NCBI RefSeq assembly: GCF_032444005.1
Contig: NC_091291.1
Coordinates: 137,826,001 to 137,890,000 of the forward strand
Direction: 5' to 3'
From: Ranitomeya imitator
Lineage: Eukaryota
DNA: 64,000 bases
Position 1 is the first letter of the stretch, and every line of letters starts with the position of its first letter. The position numbers and the translations under genes were made by a program. Shown piece by piece: positions 33,543-46,083 of the stretch. The notes below the pieces were generated by a model. That model did no database searches and was not told where the DNA came from. It was given only the letters and a program-made list of their open reading frames with translations.

Positions 33543-35000
33543 CACTGCTCAAAAAAATAGCAGCACACTTAAACAACAGATTATAACTCCAAGTAAGGCT
33601 GCTTTCACACTTCAAGTTTTTTTGCAATCGTCATTTTCCGGATCCGGCACCTTCCGGCTCCCATAGGCTTCCATTCTAACAAACAGCCGGAATCGCTGGA
33701 TCCGACGCTTCCGGCTTTTTCACCAGAGACAAAAAACGTTGCTGTGGACGTTTTTATTCCAGAAACCGGAAACGGCAGATTTGCCGGATCCAGCGAAAGC
33801 CGGACGAAACGCAATGTCATCCGGCACTAATGCAAGTCTATGGGAAAAAAACTGGATCCGGCAGCAACATTCGCCAGATCCGGTTTTTTTAAATTTAGCC
33901 GGATTTAGCCTAACAGTGAAAGCCTGATGTGTGAAAGTAGCCTTAATTAAACTCCTGTGAAATCAAACCGTCCACTTAGGAAGCAACACTGTTTGACAAT
34001 CAATGTCACATGCTGCTGTGCAAATGGAATAGACAACAGATGGAAATTATTGGCAATTATCAAGACCCCCTCAATAAAGGAGCGGTTCTGCAGGTGGGGA
34101 CCACAGACCACATCTCAGTACCAATGCTTTCTGGCTGATGTTTTGGTCACTTTTGATGATGGTTGTGCTTTCACACTCGTGGTAGCACGAGACACTCTAC
34201 AACCCACACAAGTGGCTCAGGTAGTGTGGAGACGCCGTGGAGAGCGATCTGCTGCCTGCAACATCCTTCAGCATGACTGGTTTGGCAGTGGGTCAGTAAT
34301 GGTGCGTGGTGGCATTTCTTTGGGGTTCGCACAGCCCTCCATGTGCTCTCCAGAAGAAGCCTGACTGCCATTAGGTACCGAGATGAAATCCTCAGACCCC
34401 TTGTGAGACCATATGTTGGTGCGGTTGGCCCTGGGTTCCTCCTAATGCAGGGCAATACCAGACCTCATGTGGCTGGAGTGTGTCAGCAGTTCCTGCAAGA
34501 TGAAGACATTGAAGCTATGGACTGGCCGCCCGTTCCCCAGACCTGAATCCGATTGAGCACATCTGGGACATCATGTCTTGCACCATCCACCAACGTCACG
34601 TTGCACCACAGACTGTCCAGGAGTTGGCGGATGCTTTAGTCCAGGTCTGGGAGGAGATCCCTCAGGAGACCATCCGCTGCCTCATCAGGAGCATGCCCAG
34701 GCATTGTAGGGAGATCATACAGGCACGTGGAGGCCACACACACTACTGAGCATCATTTCCTTGTCTTGAGGCATTTCCATTGACGTTGGATCAGCCTGTA
34801 ACTTCATTTTCCACTTTGATTTTGAGCATCATTCCAACTCCAGACCTCCATGGGATATTAGTTGTGATTTACGTTGATCATTTTTAGGTTTTATTGTTCT
34901 CAACACATTCCACTATGTAATGAATAAAGATTTACACCTGGAATATTTCATTCAGTGATATCTAGGATGTGGGATATTAGTGTTCCCTCTATTTTATTAG
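33543..35000 (+). mobile_element. Internally deleted Tc1-family transposon relic
   Basis: TA|CACTGCTCAAAAAAATA left end. Broken DDE remnant: HDWFGSGSVMVRGGIS, YRDEILRPLVRP, LLMQGNTRPH, MDWP, then SPDLNPIEHIWD after a frameshift. Right TIR is partial. Confidence 0.85.
33597..33942. mobile_element. PIF/Harbinger-type MITE nested in the Tc1 left end
   Basis: taa|ggctgctttcacac ... gtgtgaaagtagcc|tta; same TIR family as 23923-24331. Confidence 0.82.
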
Positions 35001-35443
35001 ATTTTTTTTTTTTTTAGGCCTACAGAGGGGACATAAACCTCCTATCGTTTTTACTCGTTATTGCTTTTCGATATAGTAAAGTTATCGATCTCCGATGAAG
35101 CCAATCCACAGGCTCAGCTTCATAGGAAGCACCAAGATGGCGGCAGCAAAGTGAACCCTCAGTTAGCCCCCAGCAGCCATGGCAACCCACCGGATCCCCG
35201 CGATCTCTGGAGAGATCACACGTGTAGTTGTTCTCTCTTTATTGCCGCTGTCGGTAATTGTGGTTACGAGCGGATTTATAAATTCCTGAGGCCGGACAGT
35301 GGTCGCCTCCATGTGAGAGCGGCTGCATACTCAGTCACCCAGGCTTCCTGGCAATATGTTCTCACTTCTTGCTCCTCCTCTTTGTCAATTTCCCATTGGC
35401 CCCTCCCATTATTATTATTATTTATTATTATTATTATTTCCAG

Positions 35444-35539
35444 AATATGTTTGAAGTCGCAGACCATCGATCTGAAGAAGGAAGGCTACCCCGCGGAGTT
35501 CATGGACATCGTGCAGCCCAGTATAATCGTCAGGGACTG
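35444..35539 (+). CDS. fbxo44/fbxo6: FBXO44/FBXO6-type, coding exon 3
   Basis: ttccag|A...TG|gtacgt, 96 nt. Encodes (G)ICLKSQTIDLKKEGYPAEFMDIVQPSIIVRD(W). Confidence 0.93.
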
Positions 35540-35660
35540 GTACGTGGTCGTTTTTATTTTTCATTGTTTTTTTTTTTTTTCTTTTTAAGGAATCTGTTTG
35601 ACAACTGATACGGCCGCCATGACAGCACTGTAATGAATGCCTCTCGCCCCGTCACCACAG

Positions 35661-35796
35661 GTACGCCGCCAGACATGACTGTGGCTGCCGGTACCAGATT
35701 CTTGTACAACTTCTGTCACAAGACAAGACGGTGATGGAGGAATTTCGGCCGGAACCGGTGACTATAGAGCAATGGAGTGACGCGGAGTGGGCCCAG
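35661..35796 (+). CDS. fbxo44/fbxo6: FBXO44/FBXO6-type, coding exon 4
   Basis: ccacag|G...CAG|gtaact, 136 nt. Encodes (W)YAARHDCGCRYQILVQLLSQDKTVMEEFRPEPVTIEQWSDAEWAQ. Confidence 0.93.
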
Positions 35797-36022
35797 GTAA
35801 CTATCTGATGTCACCGGGGAGCAGTGATCCATAGCAACCAATCACATTGCTGCTCTTATTCTCCAAACTGTCTCTGAGAAATGAAAGCTGGAATGTGATT
35901 GGTTGTGATGAATCCCCCTCGTTGGGCCCGGGCCGCTGATAAAGGACGGGGTGTATGGACTAATGGGATATGTATAGAACGTTGGGATATTAAAGCTTTT
36001 CTCCTCTCGTTCTTCTGTACAG

Positions 36023-36172
36023 ATTGAATACACCTTCAGTAATTACGGGCCTGGGGTTCGTTACATATATTTCCAACATGGTGGACAAGACACCCAGTTT
36101 TGGGCGGGCTGGTATGGTATTAGGGTGACGAACAGCAGTGTGACCATCGATCCTGGCAATCTCAGCGCGTGA
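36023..36172 (+). CDS. fbxo44/fbxo6: FBXO44/FBXO6-type, coding exon 5 (last)
   Basis: gtacag|ATT acceptor. Encodes IEYTFSNYGPGVRYIYFQHGGQDTQFWAGWYGIRVTNSSVTIDPGNLSA*. Total CDS 768 nt = 255 aa. FBXO44 versus FBXO6 cannot be resolved by eye. Confidence 0.93.
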   Translation: MEYTFSNYGPGVRYIYFQHGGQDTQFWAGWYGIRVTNSSVTIDPGNLSA

Positions 36173-36249
36173 CGACTGGAAGCTTCACGTTCATCTGGTC
36201 CTACAGTGGAAACACGAGTCATCTTACCAGGGATCGCCCGATACAACTG

Positions 36250-36518
36250 CACCAAATCCTCACCGGGACCATAACCCTCAAGACTACCACCAAATCCTGA
36301 CCGGGACCATAACCCTCAAGACTACCACCAAATCCTGACCGGGACCATAACCCTCAAGACTACCACCAAATCCTCACCGGGACCATAACCCCCAAGACTA
36401 CCACCAAATCCTCACCGGGACCATAACCCTCAAGACTACCACCAAATCCTGACCGGGACCATAACCCTCAAGGCTACCACCAAATCCTCACCGGGACCAT
36501 AACCCTCAAGACTACCAT
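36250..36518. repeat. 38-bp minisatellite, about 7 copies, in the probable 3' UTR
   Basis: Unit accaccaaatcct(c/g)accgggaccataaccctcaagact. Confidence 0.92.
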
Positions 36519-36639
36519 TTACTGGGCAGCTCAATGCAACCTGTTGTCCTCTATCACCCATAGACATAGAGAGACAGGAAGTCTCCTCCTCCCCGACCCC
36601 ATGATCTTTACTCTCGGAAGCCTTTTGGACCTCACATAC

Positions 36640-37135
36640 TTAAAGGGAACCTGCAAGTAGAATCAACCTTCCTAAGCCGATGGTATGGGCATGTCGGTCA
36701 TAGGAAGCTGAATAAACCGATACCTTGATATCTGTGATCCGATGTCTTATTCCAGAGAAAGCCACGTTTTTCTTAACATGTAAATGAGCTGTTAAGATCT
36801 ATGGGCGGGACACAGATCTTCCTGAGCTTATTGTAACTGAAACAGGGGCGTTACCAGTGTGAAACATGTATATCCAGAGAGCAGACAATCCATTATTACA
36901 TGTCTCACATTGGGGACGCCCCCTTTCATATAACGTCATCTCTAGACGTGGAGATCTGTGTCCCGCCCATAGATCTTAACAGATTATATACATATTAAGA
37001 AATAACACTTATTTCTCTGGATTGAGACATCGGATCGCAGATGTCAAAATGTCATTTTATTCAGCTTCTTCTGACCTACATGCCCACACAGACGGCTGAG
37101 GATGGGGCTGAACCTACTGACAGGTGTCCTATGAG
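36640..37135. mobile_element. Palindromic TTAA-type (T2/Kolobok-like) MITE
   Basis: ttaa|agggaacctg left end and degenerate tgacaggtgtcct right end. Internal perfect inverted arms ctgttaagatctatgggcgggacacagatct / agatctgtgtcccgcccatagatcttaacag. Confidence 0.65.
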
Positions 37136-37585
37136 TATCAAAGCCAATTTCTGCTCATAGATGAGTGCAGATCGCCCACATACATGTCGATCAGTGCTTC
37201 CTTAACCCTGCGGTTGTCTTCGGTCTGGGGAGACCGATTTTGAACTTTGGTATTTTTGGGGTGTTCAAGACGCGGTTCTGAAACTTGTGGTTGATTGACG
37301 TAAATGAGGATGGGTCGGTCGGCCACGGGTTTCAGAGCCGCATCTTGAATATTTTAAAGAATATTGAAGTTCAAGGTCGGTCGTTTTTGACCGAAGACAA
37401 CAGCAGGGTTTTTAATGGCCTCTTTATTTTAGAGTGGCCGACAGAAACTGTATGGGACCAAACAATTCAGCATCTGCAGCACATCCTCCATTTACATAGA
37501 AGCTATGCCAATTAATATTACTATAACTGGGCCTTTACTAATCGCTCCTCTTATAACACTTCTGCACCCTAATAAGTTCCTGGCT

Positions 37586-37865
37586 TAAAGGGGACTTGTC
37601 ACCAGGTCAAAAGTGGCCAGTTTTACCTAGATTTCCTCTATTACAGTTATTTTTTTTTTCTTTTGTTCTTTACAAGGAGGCGGATCGAAGAGTAATTTTT
37701 AGACACGCCCCCGAGGAACCATAGAAATGAGCTCCAGATAAAAATGCCTGTATCTCTGCAAATGTATTTATTATTATTTTTTTAAGAAAGCATAGAACGC
37801 TGAGAAATAGTGGGAATAAAAGTAAAAACTGGCCTCTTGACCTGGAGACGGGTACTTTATTTAGA
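37586..37865. mobile_element. Degenerate TTAA-type MITE
   Basis: ttaaaggggacttgtcaccaggtcaaaagtggccagtttt is inverted against aaaactggcctcttgacctggagacgggtacttt. Confidence 0.55.
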
Positions 37866-38984
37866 TCTGCTGTCCCTTTAAAACTGCAGCTATGGAAACG
37901 ATATTTATTTATTATGGTGATATATATGGCCACGATGTATTATATTACTGACAATCTTATTGTTTTTTTTGAAGATTCCTGTCTATCAATTTGGAAAATA
38001 TTCTATTACTTGTAAACTGGGCAGTGCCCCGTACAGCTGCTGGCATGGCCGCCATTAAATATGATATACGACCCGAGCTGTTTTTGCCCGGATTGTCTCT
38101 GGACATGATCCCCGCTCAGCGCTGGGGCATTATTCACCGCCCACGAGTTACTATGGCCTCCGTCGCCGCCATCTTGGTACTCCCGCAGAGCCCAGACAGA
38201 TTTTCACAATATACCGAGACTATAGGATATGCCGCCGTATACTCGTGATACAATACAAGTGCCTAATCGCAAGGTTAATGATCCGCATATTTGGGATCTC
38301 CGTGTCAGATCTATAAAATGTAACCTGCTGGGTAAAAACCGGACTGAAAGCGATAAAAAAAACTTTTCTGTTTTTTGGTCACTGAACTTTCTGATTAAAA
38401 AAACAAAAATATGGACCAGTAAATGTAACCAATAAAACTCACTGCAAAAAAACAAGTATACAGACAGAAAAATAAAGTGGTAAAGTTCTAGGACGATGGC
38501 GGCACTTTTTTTTTCTTCCAAACTTCAGAAGTTTTTTTTTTTTTTTTTTAAGCCAATGAAATAACAAAAAAAAAAACTAAAGTTTTTCCTTTTCCTCGTG
38601 TTACGGTCCCAAAAAGTTCTGCGCTGTGATTTTACTTCCCGTTGTCTCCCTTCGGACAGTGAAGACTGGAGTCTGAGGAGGGGGACGCACAATGCAGGAG
38701 TGTGAGATCCGGAGCGCAGGCTGCGGCGGCAGAGAGGACCCGGTACTGGGCAACGCCGTGAGCAAAGACCAACGTGTGCGAGACGGATAGATATGAGGAC
38801 GATGTCAATCACTGAAAATGCAGCCGGGGCGAAGCGAGCGGGATATCCTGACCAATCACTGACCGGGAAATAAGGAACCAAATTCACATGGAGAAAAACA
38901 ACTGAAAATACAGAAGGATAATTCATATTTCACCTGGTCCCAAATGTAATCATTAATGTACAGAATATATATATGTACACAGCG

Positions 38985-40055
38985 GGCGCAGCTCTGGAAT
39001 ATAATACAGGATGTAACTCAGGATCAGTAATGTAATGTATGTACACAGTGACTGCACCAGCAGAATAGTGAGTGCAGCTCTGGAGTATAATACAGGATGT
39101 AACTCAGGATCTGTAATGTAATGTATGTACACAGTGACTGCACCAGCAGAATAGTGAGTGCAGCTCTGGGGTTTAATACAGGAGGTAACTCAGGATCAGT
39201 AATGTAATGTATGTACACAGTGACTGCACCAGCAGAATAGTGAGTGCAGCTCTGGGGTATAATACAGGATGTAACTCAAGATCAGTAATGTAATGTATGT
39301 ACACAGTGACTGCAGCAGCAGAATAGTGAGTGCAGCTCTGGGGTATAATGCAGGATGTAACTCAGGATCAGTAATGTAATGTATGTACACAGTGACTGCA
39401 CCAGCAGAATAGTGAGTGCAGCTCTGGGGTATAATACAGGATGTAACTCAGGATCAGTAATGTAATGTATGTACACAGTGACTGCACCAGCAGAATAGTG
39501 AGTGCAGCTCTGGGGTATAATACAGGATGTAACTCAGGATCAGTAATGTAATGTATGTACACAGTGACTGCAGCAGCAGAATAGTGAGTGCAGCTCTGGG
39601 GTATAATACAGGATGTAACTCAGGATCAGTAATGTAATGTATGTACACAGTGACTGCACCAGCAGAATAGTGAGTGCAGCTCTGGGGTATAATACAGGAT
39701 GTAACTCAGGATCAGTAATGTATGTACACAGTGACTGCACCAGCAGAATAGTGAGTGCAGCTCTGGGGTATAATACAGGATGTAACTCAGGATCAGTAAT
39801 GTATGTACACAGTGACTGCAGCAGCAGAATAGTGAGTGCAGCTCTGGAGTATAATACAGGATGTAACTCAGGATCAGTAATGTAATGTATGTACACAGTG
39901 ACTGCACCAGCAGAATAGTGAGTGCAGCTCTGGGGTATAATACAGGATGTAACTCAGGATATGTGATGTAATGTATGTACACAGTGATTGCACCAGCAGA
40001 ATAGTGAGTGCAGCTCTGGGGTATAATACAGGATATAACTCAGGATATGTGATGT
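38985..40055. repeat. 86-bp satellite (some 81-bp units), about 12 copies
   Basis: Unit gtataatacaggatgtaactcaggatcagtaatgtaatgtatgtacacagtgactgcaccagcagaatagtgagtgcagctctggg; ORF calls offset by 86. Confidence 0.95.
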
Positions 40056-40326
40056 AGGCAAGTGAAAAAAACCAAAACAGATCTCTGGCTTAGTTGGGTT
40101 TTACACTTGATGTTATTACACTGTCTAGCTTGGTATGTGATTGTCCCCATCGGTGTAAAGTGTGTATTGGTCCTCAGCACTTAACAGTTCACTCTTTACT
40201 CATCCATGATAAATATAAGTCTAGAACTTAAACCTGCAATTGCAGATTATTGGCCAATGAAGCTCTGGATTAAAGATATTAAACAGTTGTATAGAAAGAA
40301 TACATTTCCCTATTACAAGTAGTGAC

Positions 40327-41083
40327 TAGTGTTGAGCATTCCAATACCGACGTCCGATACTTTTGCGATATCGGAATCGGAAGTTCCTATAGTGCAATGA
40401 CGCACTATAATGGAGTGTGGGCGGAGACCGTGTGTGTGTGGGCGGGGTCTGCGTGACCGTGGGGGGTTCTGTGTGTGCCTGCCGGGGCTCTGTACGTGTG
40501 TGCAGGCATCGTCCGATGGGACTTCAAGTCCCTGTCCACAGAAATCCACGAGTGTCCCACGACGATCTCCCGTGGAGAACGGCAGCATCAGCTGATGCGA
40601 CCGCTCTCCAGGGGCTCCAGGAACACAATGATGAGAGGAAGGTATCCTTCCTCACTGTATTCCGCTGCCGCTATATAAAAAAAAATAAATAAAGTCCCTA
40701 GTCTCACTTTTGGCATTGCTGTGTGAGAAATTTTCCCACGCAGCAATTGCCATAAAGAGAGACTTTGAACTATAGTAACCTCAGTGATGCACTGCAGGAG
40801 CCATTGTCTCCTGTCAGTGTGTCACTGAGGGTCCTATAGAGCAGTGACATCACCCGATGTCCGCACATACCCCGCCCGCACACACAGACAGACACGCACA
40901 GTGTCCGCCCACACCCTTCCCCCCTCCGGAACAGGATGTAGGACAGAAAGGGCTTATTTACATTCCGATATTTGTGTCCCATTGACTTGCATGGGTATCG
41001 GTATCGGCGATATCCGATATTTTTTGGATATCGGCCGATCCAATCCGATACTTCTGGATATCGGAAGGTATCGCTCAACACTA
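40327..41083. mobile_element. Non-autonomous hAT element (757 bp)
   Basis: Perfect 11-bp TIR TAGTGTTGAGC / GCTCAACACTA. 8-bp TSD gtagtgac / gtggtgac (one mismatch). CCGATA subterminal motifs. Confidence 0.9.
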
Positions 41084-41118
41084 GTGGTGACCTCTTCAAT
41101 AGTCAGTACTTTTCCTCA

Positions 41119-41124
41119 TTTATT
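41119..41124 (-). promoter_or_regulatory. Candidate poly(A) signal of mad2l2
   Basis: AATAAA on the minus strand, about 240 nt past the stop codon. Confidence 0.5.
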
Positions 41125-41362
41125 TAGCATATATTATAAGAAATATCAGTAAAATATAAAGTCACAAGGTGAAAGCTATGTACAATAAGGAGACAGAGGT
41201 GGAGCCTTCATCCTGCAGATTCTGGCCAGAGGGAGCGAGTCTATGGTGGCCGAGTCCTCTGTGCCGATCAGAACATGTATATTGTCCGGCATAAGGAGGG
41301 TCGAGCGTCAGACATCACCGCCTGGTAAGTGACGTATAAGTCCACAGAACTGGAAACAGATG

Positions 41363-41404
41363 TCAAGTACTTTTATGGGCTCTCTCTTCTACATAAAGCT
41401 GCAT
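41363..41404 (-). CDS. mad2l2: MAD2L2/REV7 coding exon 8 (last)
   Basis: gttatag|ATG acceptor. Encodes MQLYVEERAHKST*. Total CDS 636 nt = 211 aa. Confidence 0.95.
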   Translation of the reverse strand: MQLYVEERAHKST

Positions 41405-42308
41405 CTATAACACAAAAGAGGATCCATTGTTACCAACAACGTGATGAACAAGCAAAATTATGAAAAGTGCAGTTGTGTCTAGGCCCTTGATGCCACATAT
41501 AGCAGCTGTGGAGCCTGTAATGCATATACCGCATCAGTGAGGGTATTTCCCCCTTCCTTTCTACAAAGAAATTATCTTAAAGACTTAATGATACTTTATT
41601 TTTTCTTTTGCAATCACTTATCCACCACTAGAGGGCGCTCACTGTATAGGTCTGTATATTACCAGCTCCCCCTAGTGGTGGCTGCTGGCACAGAACTCTC
41701 AGGATTGAGGCAGGACAGGTGGCCGACGCGCAGCACGCACCTTCACCCCTAAGGAAGGTGAGGCTGGTTCTTCAGGAATGCTCTGCCCAAACTAAGATGT
41801 TACTTTCCCGTCCCATCAGTACTAATAGTGAGTGAGGGGAGAAGGCGGCTCCTGTACCCTCAGCACTGTCACGTCTTTCCCTCCTTGCCCAAGTACAGCT
41901 CAGGATGGCAAGAAGAAGAGTTAAAGGGGTTTTCCATGACATATAAAATATATATATTTTTTTGCATGTGAGAAAAGGAAATAATTGCTCAGATTTCCAG
42001 CACCACCATTGTGGTGGTCCGCAGTGACTTCCTTACATCTCATCATGTGCAGTTTATCCACGTGACCTTTAGGGTCAATCAATGGCTGCCGCAGCCCAGA
42101 GCTGTACATGGCTCGCAAGTCAGTGTCCTATAGTGAAGAGTTACGTCCTGTTCTTTCTATAGCGCCAACACACCCCGTGGCGCTGTACGCAGACGGTCAC
42201 CATACACCGGCGTTCTCCTTTTCAGCATAGGAACATTTCTTAGCCATTTAGATGTTTTTGCAGAGTCCGGGGGTCCGCACTGTGTATGTCCTGTGTGGAG
42301 CTACTGAC

Positions 42309-42401
42309 CTTTAATATGTCGGAGGTCATCGTCTTGAGAGGTATGAGGCGCGGCTCCTGCATGTGTACGTCCTGCTCATCAGCGAGGATCCAGGGGAAAT
42401 C
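42309..42401 (-). CDS. mad2l2: MAD2L2 coding exon 7
   Basis: ccccag|GAT...AAG|gtcagt. Encodes [31 protein letters not shown]. Confidence 0.96.
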
Positions 42402-42439
42402 CTGGGGAGGAAGGAGACCACAAATAAACCCTGCAGCGG

Positions 42440-43875
42440 ATCACTCACCGGTCACGCTCCAGGAGAGAGGATCGGCGGATCACACACCGGTCACGCTCCA
42501 GGAGAGAGGATCGGCATATCACTCACCGGTCACGCTCCAGGACAGAGGATCGGCAGATCACACACCGGTCACGCTCCAGGAGAGAGGATCGGCGGATCAC
42601 ACACCGGTCACGCTCCAGGAGAGAGGATCGGCGGATCACACACCGGTCACGCACCAGGAGAGAGGATCGGCGGATCACACACCGGTCACGCTCCAGGAGA
42701 GAGGATCGGCGGATCACACACCGGTCACGCTCCAGGAGAGAGGATCGGCGGATCACACACCGGTCACGCTCCAGGAGAGAGGATCGGCGGATCACACACC
42801 GGTCACGCTCCAGGTGAGAGGATCGGCAGATCACACACCGGTCACGCTCCAGGAGAGAGGATCAGCATATCACACACCGGTCACGCTCCAGGAGAGAGGA
42901 TCGGCAGATCACACACCGGTCACGCACCAGTCACGCTCCAGGTGAGAGGATCAGCATATCACACACCGGTCACGCTCCAGGAGAGAGGATCGGCAGATCA
43001 CACACCGGTCACGCACCAGTCACGCTCCAGGTGAGAGGATCGGCGGATCACACACCGGTCACGCTCCAGGAGAGAGGATCGGCGGATCACACACCGGTCA
43101 CGCACCAGGAGAGAGGATCGGCGGATCACACACCGGTCACGCACCAGGCGAGAGGATCGGCGGATCACACACCGGTCACGCTCCAGGAGAGAGGATCGGC
43201 GGATCACACACCAGTCACGCTCCAGGAGAGAGGATCGGCGGATCACACACCGGTCACGCACCAGGCGAGAGGATCGGCGGATCACACACCGGTCACGCTC
43301 CAGGAGAGAGGATCGGCGGATCACACACCAGTCACGCTCCAGGAGAGAGGATCGGCGGATCACACACCGGTCACGCACCAGGCGAGAGGATCGGCGGATC
43401 ACACACCGGTCACGCTCCAGGAGAGAGGATCGGCGGATCACACACCAGTCACGCTCCAGGAGAGAGGATCGGCGGATCACACACCGGTCACGCTCCAGGA
43501 GAGGATCGGCAGATCACACACCGGTCACGCTCCAGGTGAGAGGATCGGCGGATCACACACCGGTCACGCACCAGGAGAGAGGATCGGCGGATCACACACC
43601 GGTCACGCACCAGGCGAGAGGATCGGCGGATCACACACCGGTCACGCTCCAGGAGAGAGGATCGGCGGATCACACACCGGTCACGCTCCAGGAGAGAGGA
43701 TCGGCGGATCACACACCAGTCACGCTCCAGGCGAGAGGATCGGCGGATCACACACCGGTCACGCACCAGGCGAGAGGATCGGCGGATCACACACCGGTCA
43801 CGCTCCAGGAGAGAGGATCGGCGGATCACACACCAGTCACGCTCCAGGAGAGAGGATCGGCGGATCACACACCGG
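42440..43875. repeat. 39-bp intronic minisatellite, about 36 copies
   Basis: Unit cacacaccggtcacgctccaggagagaggatcggcggat. Confidence 0.95.
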
Positions 43876-44139
43876 TCTTTTTCTTGTATGTTCACTATGG
43901 GACAGGTTACATGCCAACCCAGCAGAATTACAGGACCGTAAAGTGCCGGTGTCAGTTATACAGGTGACGTTGAGTACCTGATTGTCAGATAATCACATTT
44001 CCCCATTGAGGGATTCCCAGGATCCGGACCGGCGGCCCAATCAGTGATCTGTGGCTGCAGACGGAGGCTCCGAGAACGGCCTCTTATCTGACGGCGTCCA
44101 TGGCGCTCCTCGCCGTCGCCTATTCACAAGAGGAGCCAC

Positions 44140-45145
44140 AGATAGGAGACCGTTCTTGGGGTTCCCGTCCTCCAGCCATAGATGCGTCAGGTAGGAGACC
44201 GTTCTCGGGGTTCCTGTCCTGCAGCCATGGATGCGTCAGGTAGGAGACCGTTCTCGGGGTTCCTGTCCTGCAGCCAGATGCGTCAGGTAGGAGACCGTTC
44301 TCGGGGTTCCTGTCCTGCAGCCATGGATGCGTCAGGTAGGAGACCGTTCTCGGGGTTCCTGTCCTGCAGCCAGATGCGTCAGGTAGGAGACCGTTCTCGG
44401 GGTTCCTGTCCTGCAGCCAGATGCGTCAGGTAGGAGACCGTTCTCAGGGTTCCTGTCCTGCAGCCATGGATGCGTCAGGTAGGAGACCGTTCTCAGGGTT
44501 CCTGTCCTGCAGCCATGGATGCGTCAGGTAGGAGACCGTTCTCGGGGTTCCTGTCCTGCAGCCAGATGCGTCAGGTAGGAGACCGTTCTCAGGGTTCCTG
44601 TCCTGCAGCCATGGATGCGTCAGGTAGGAGACCGTTCTCAGGGGGTTCCTGTCCTGCAGCCAGATGCGTCAGGTAGGAGACCGTTCTCAGGGTTCCTGTC
44701 CTGCAGCCATGGATGCGTCAGGTAGGAGACCGTTCTGGGGGTTCCCGTCCTCCAGCCATAGATGCGTCAGGTAGGAGACCGTTCTCGGGGTTCCCGTCCT
44801 GCAGCCATAGATGCGTCAGGTAGGAGACCGTTCTCAGGGTTCCCGTCCTCCAGCCATAGATGCGTCAGGTTGGAGACCGTTCTCAGGGTTCCCGTCCTCC
44901 AGCCATAGATGCGTCAGGTAGGAGACCGTTCTCGGGGTTCCTGTCCTGCAGCCAGATGCATCAGGTAGGAGACCGTTCTCAGGGTTCCTGTCCTGCAGCC
45001 ATGGATGCGTCAGGTAGGAGACCGTTCTCAGGGTTCCTGTCCTGCAGCCATGGATGCGTCAGGTAGGAGACCGTTCTCAGGGTTCCTGTCCTGCAGCCAT
45101 AGATGCGTCAGGTAGGAGACCGTTCTCAGGGTTCCCGTCCTGGAG
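44140..45145. repeat. 47/49-bp intronic minisatellite, about 20 copies
   Basis: Unit gatgcgtcaggtaggagaccgttctc(a/g)gggttcctgtcctgcagcca(tg). Confidence 0.93.
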
Positions 45146-45235
45146 CCACAGATTGAGGCCGCTGGACCAGGTTCTGGGAATTGATTTGCACCAACTCTAA
45201 TCCCGAGGGATGAAAACTTCTGCACCGGACTTTAC

Positions 45236-45309
45236 CTTTATAACCTGAATCTTCTCCATGTTCCTCGTAGCGGCTTCTCTGGTGTGGACCAGTAAAGTAA
45301 ATGTGCAGC
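45236..45309 (-). CDS. mad2l2: MAD2L2 coding exon 6
   Basis: ttgcag|GC...AAG|gtaaag. Encodes (G)[24 protein letters not shown]. Confidence 0.96.
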
Positions 45310-45587
45310 CTGCAAAAGCAACAAGGTGATGACTGCGCAGAACTCGGATGAGGCCGAACTCCAACACATTAACCCCTTCCTCTTGTGGCCATTTAGCACT
45401 TTTGTGCCTTTTCTTTTTGTGGGAAGATCTGTAGTTTCTATTCATAATATTAACTTTACCATATAATGTACGGAAAATCGGATTAAAATCCAAAAAGTGA
45501 CATAAAATGGTGAGAAAAAAAAAATGCAGTTTCTCCTTGGGTTTTGTTAATATGGAGTCCACTGTGCAGTAAAAATCCCGTAGTAAC

Positions 45588-45750
45588 TAGTGATAAGCGA
45601 ACGTGCCGGGATAAGGTGTTATCTGAGCATGCTCGGGTGCTAACCAAGTGTCTTTGGCATGCTCGAATATTATGTTTGAGTCCCCGCGGCTGCATGTCTC
45701 AGGCTGTTGGCCTATTCCTGCCATGTGTTGTAGCTGTCGAACAGTCGCCA
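45588..45750 (+). mobile_element. Left-end fragment of a hAT-type MITE; second copy at about 49276-49480
   Basis: tagtgataagcgaacgtgccgggataaggtgttatctgagcatgc is shared with taacgatgagcacacgtgctgggataaggtgttatctgagcatgc at 49276. Confidence 0.5.
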
Positions 45751-45988
45751 CAGCATTGAATCTGCTTTACTGCCTCACCGTTACCAGATCAATGGCGGTC
45801 CTGGAGTTGAGACCCCCCAATCATTAAATGATGACATAGTCTAGTAGTACGTCATGACTCCGTAAAATGAGAATAACTCCTGTAAGAGGCTACAAGTGAC
45901 CGGTGCCGGCTGTCACACATCCCCGGTGATAACAGCTGGCACCGCTCTCTAGATTCACCATTACCGCCACCTAGTGGATGAGGAGTAC

Positions 45989-46083
45989 CTGGCGGGTTGT
46001 TGTCCAGGACGGCGTCGCAGACGCTGATCTTGAGAATGAACGCCCGCAGTAACTGCTCCACGTGAGTCAGCAGCGAGTCCGAG
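45989..46083 (-). CDS. mad2l2: MAD2L2 coding exon 5
   Basis: ttacag|C...G|gtactc. Encodes (S)[31 protein letters not shown](G). Confidence 0.96.

Noticed and set aside
42286-43981. (HTPVTLQERGSAD)n ORFs
   Set aside because: This is a 39-bp intronic minisatellite, antisense to mad2l2.
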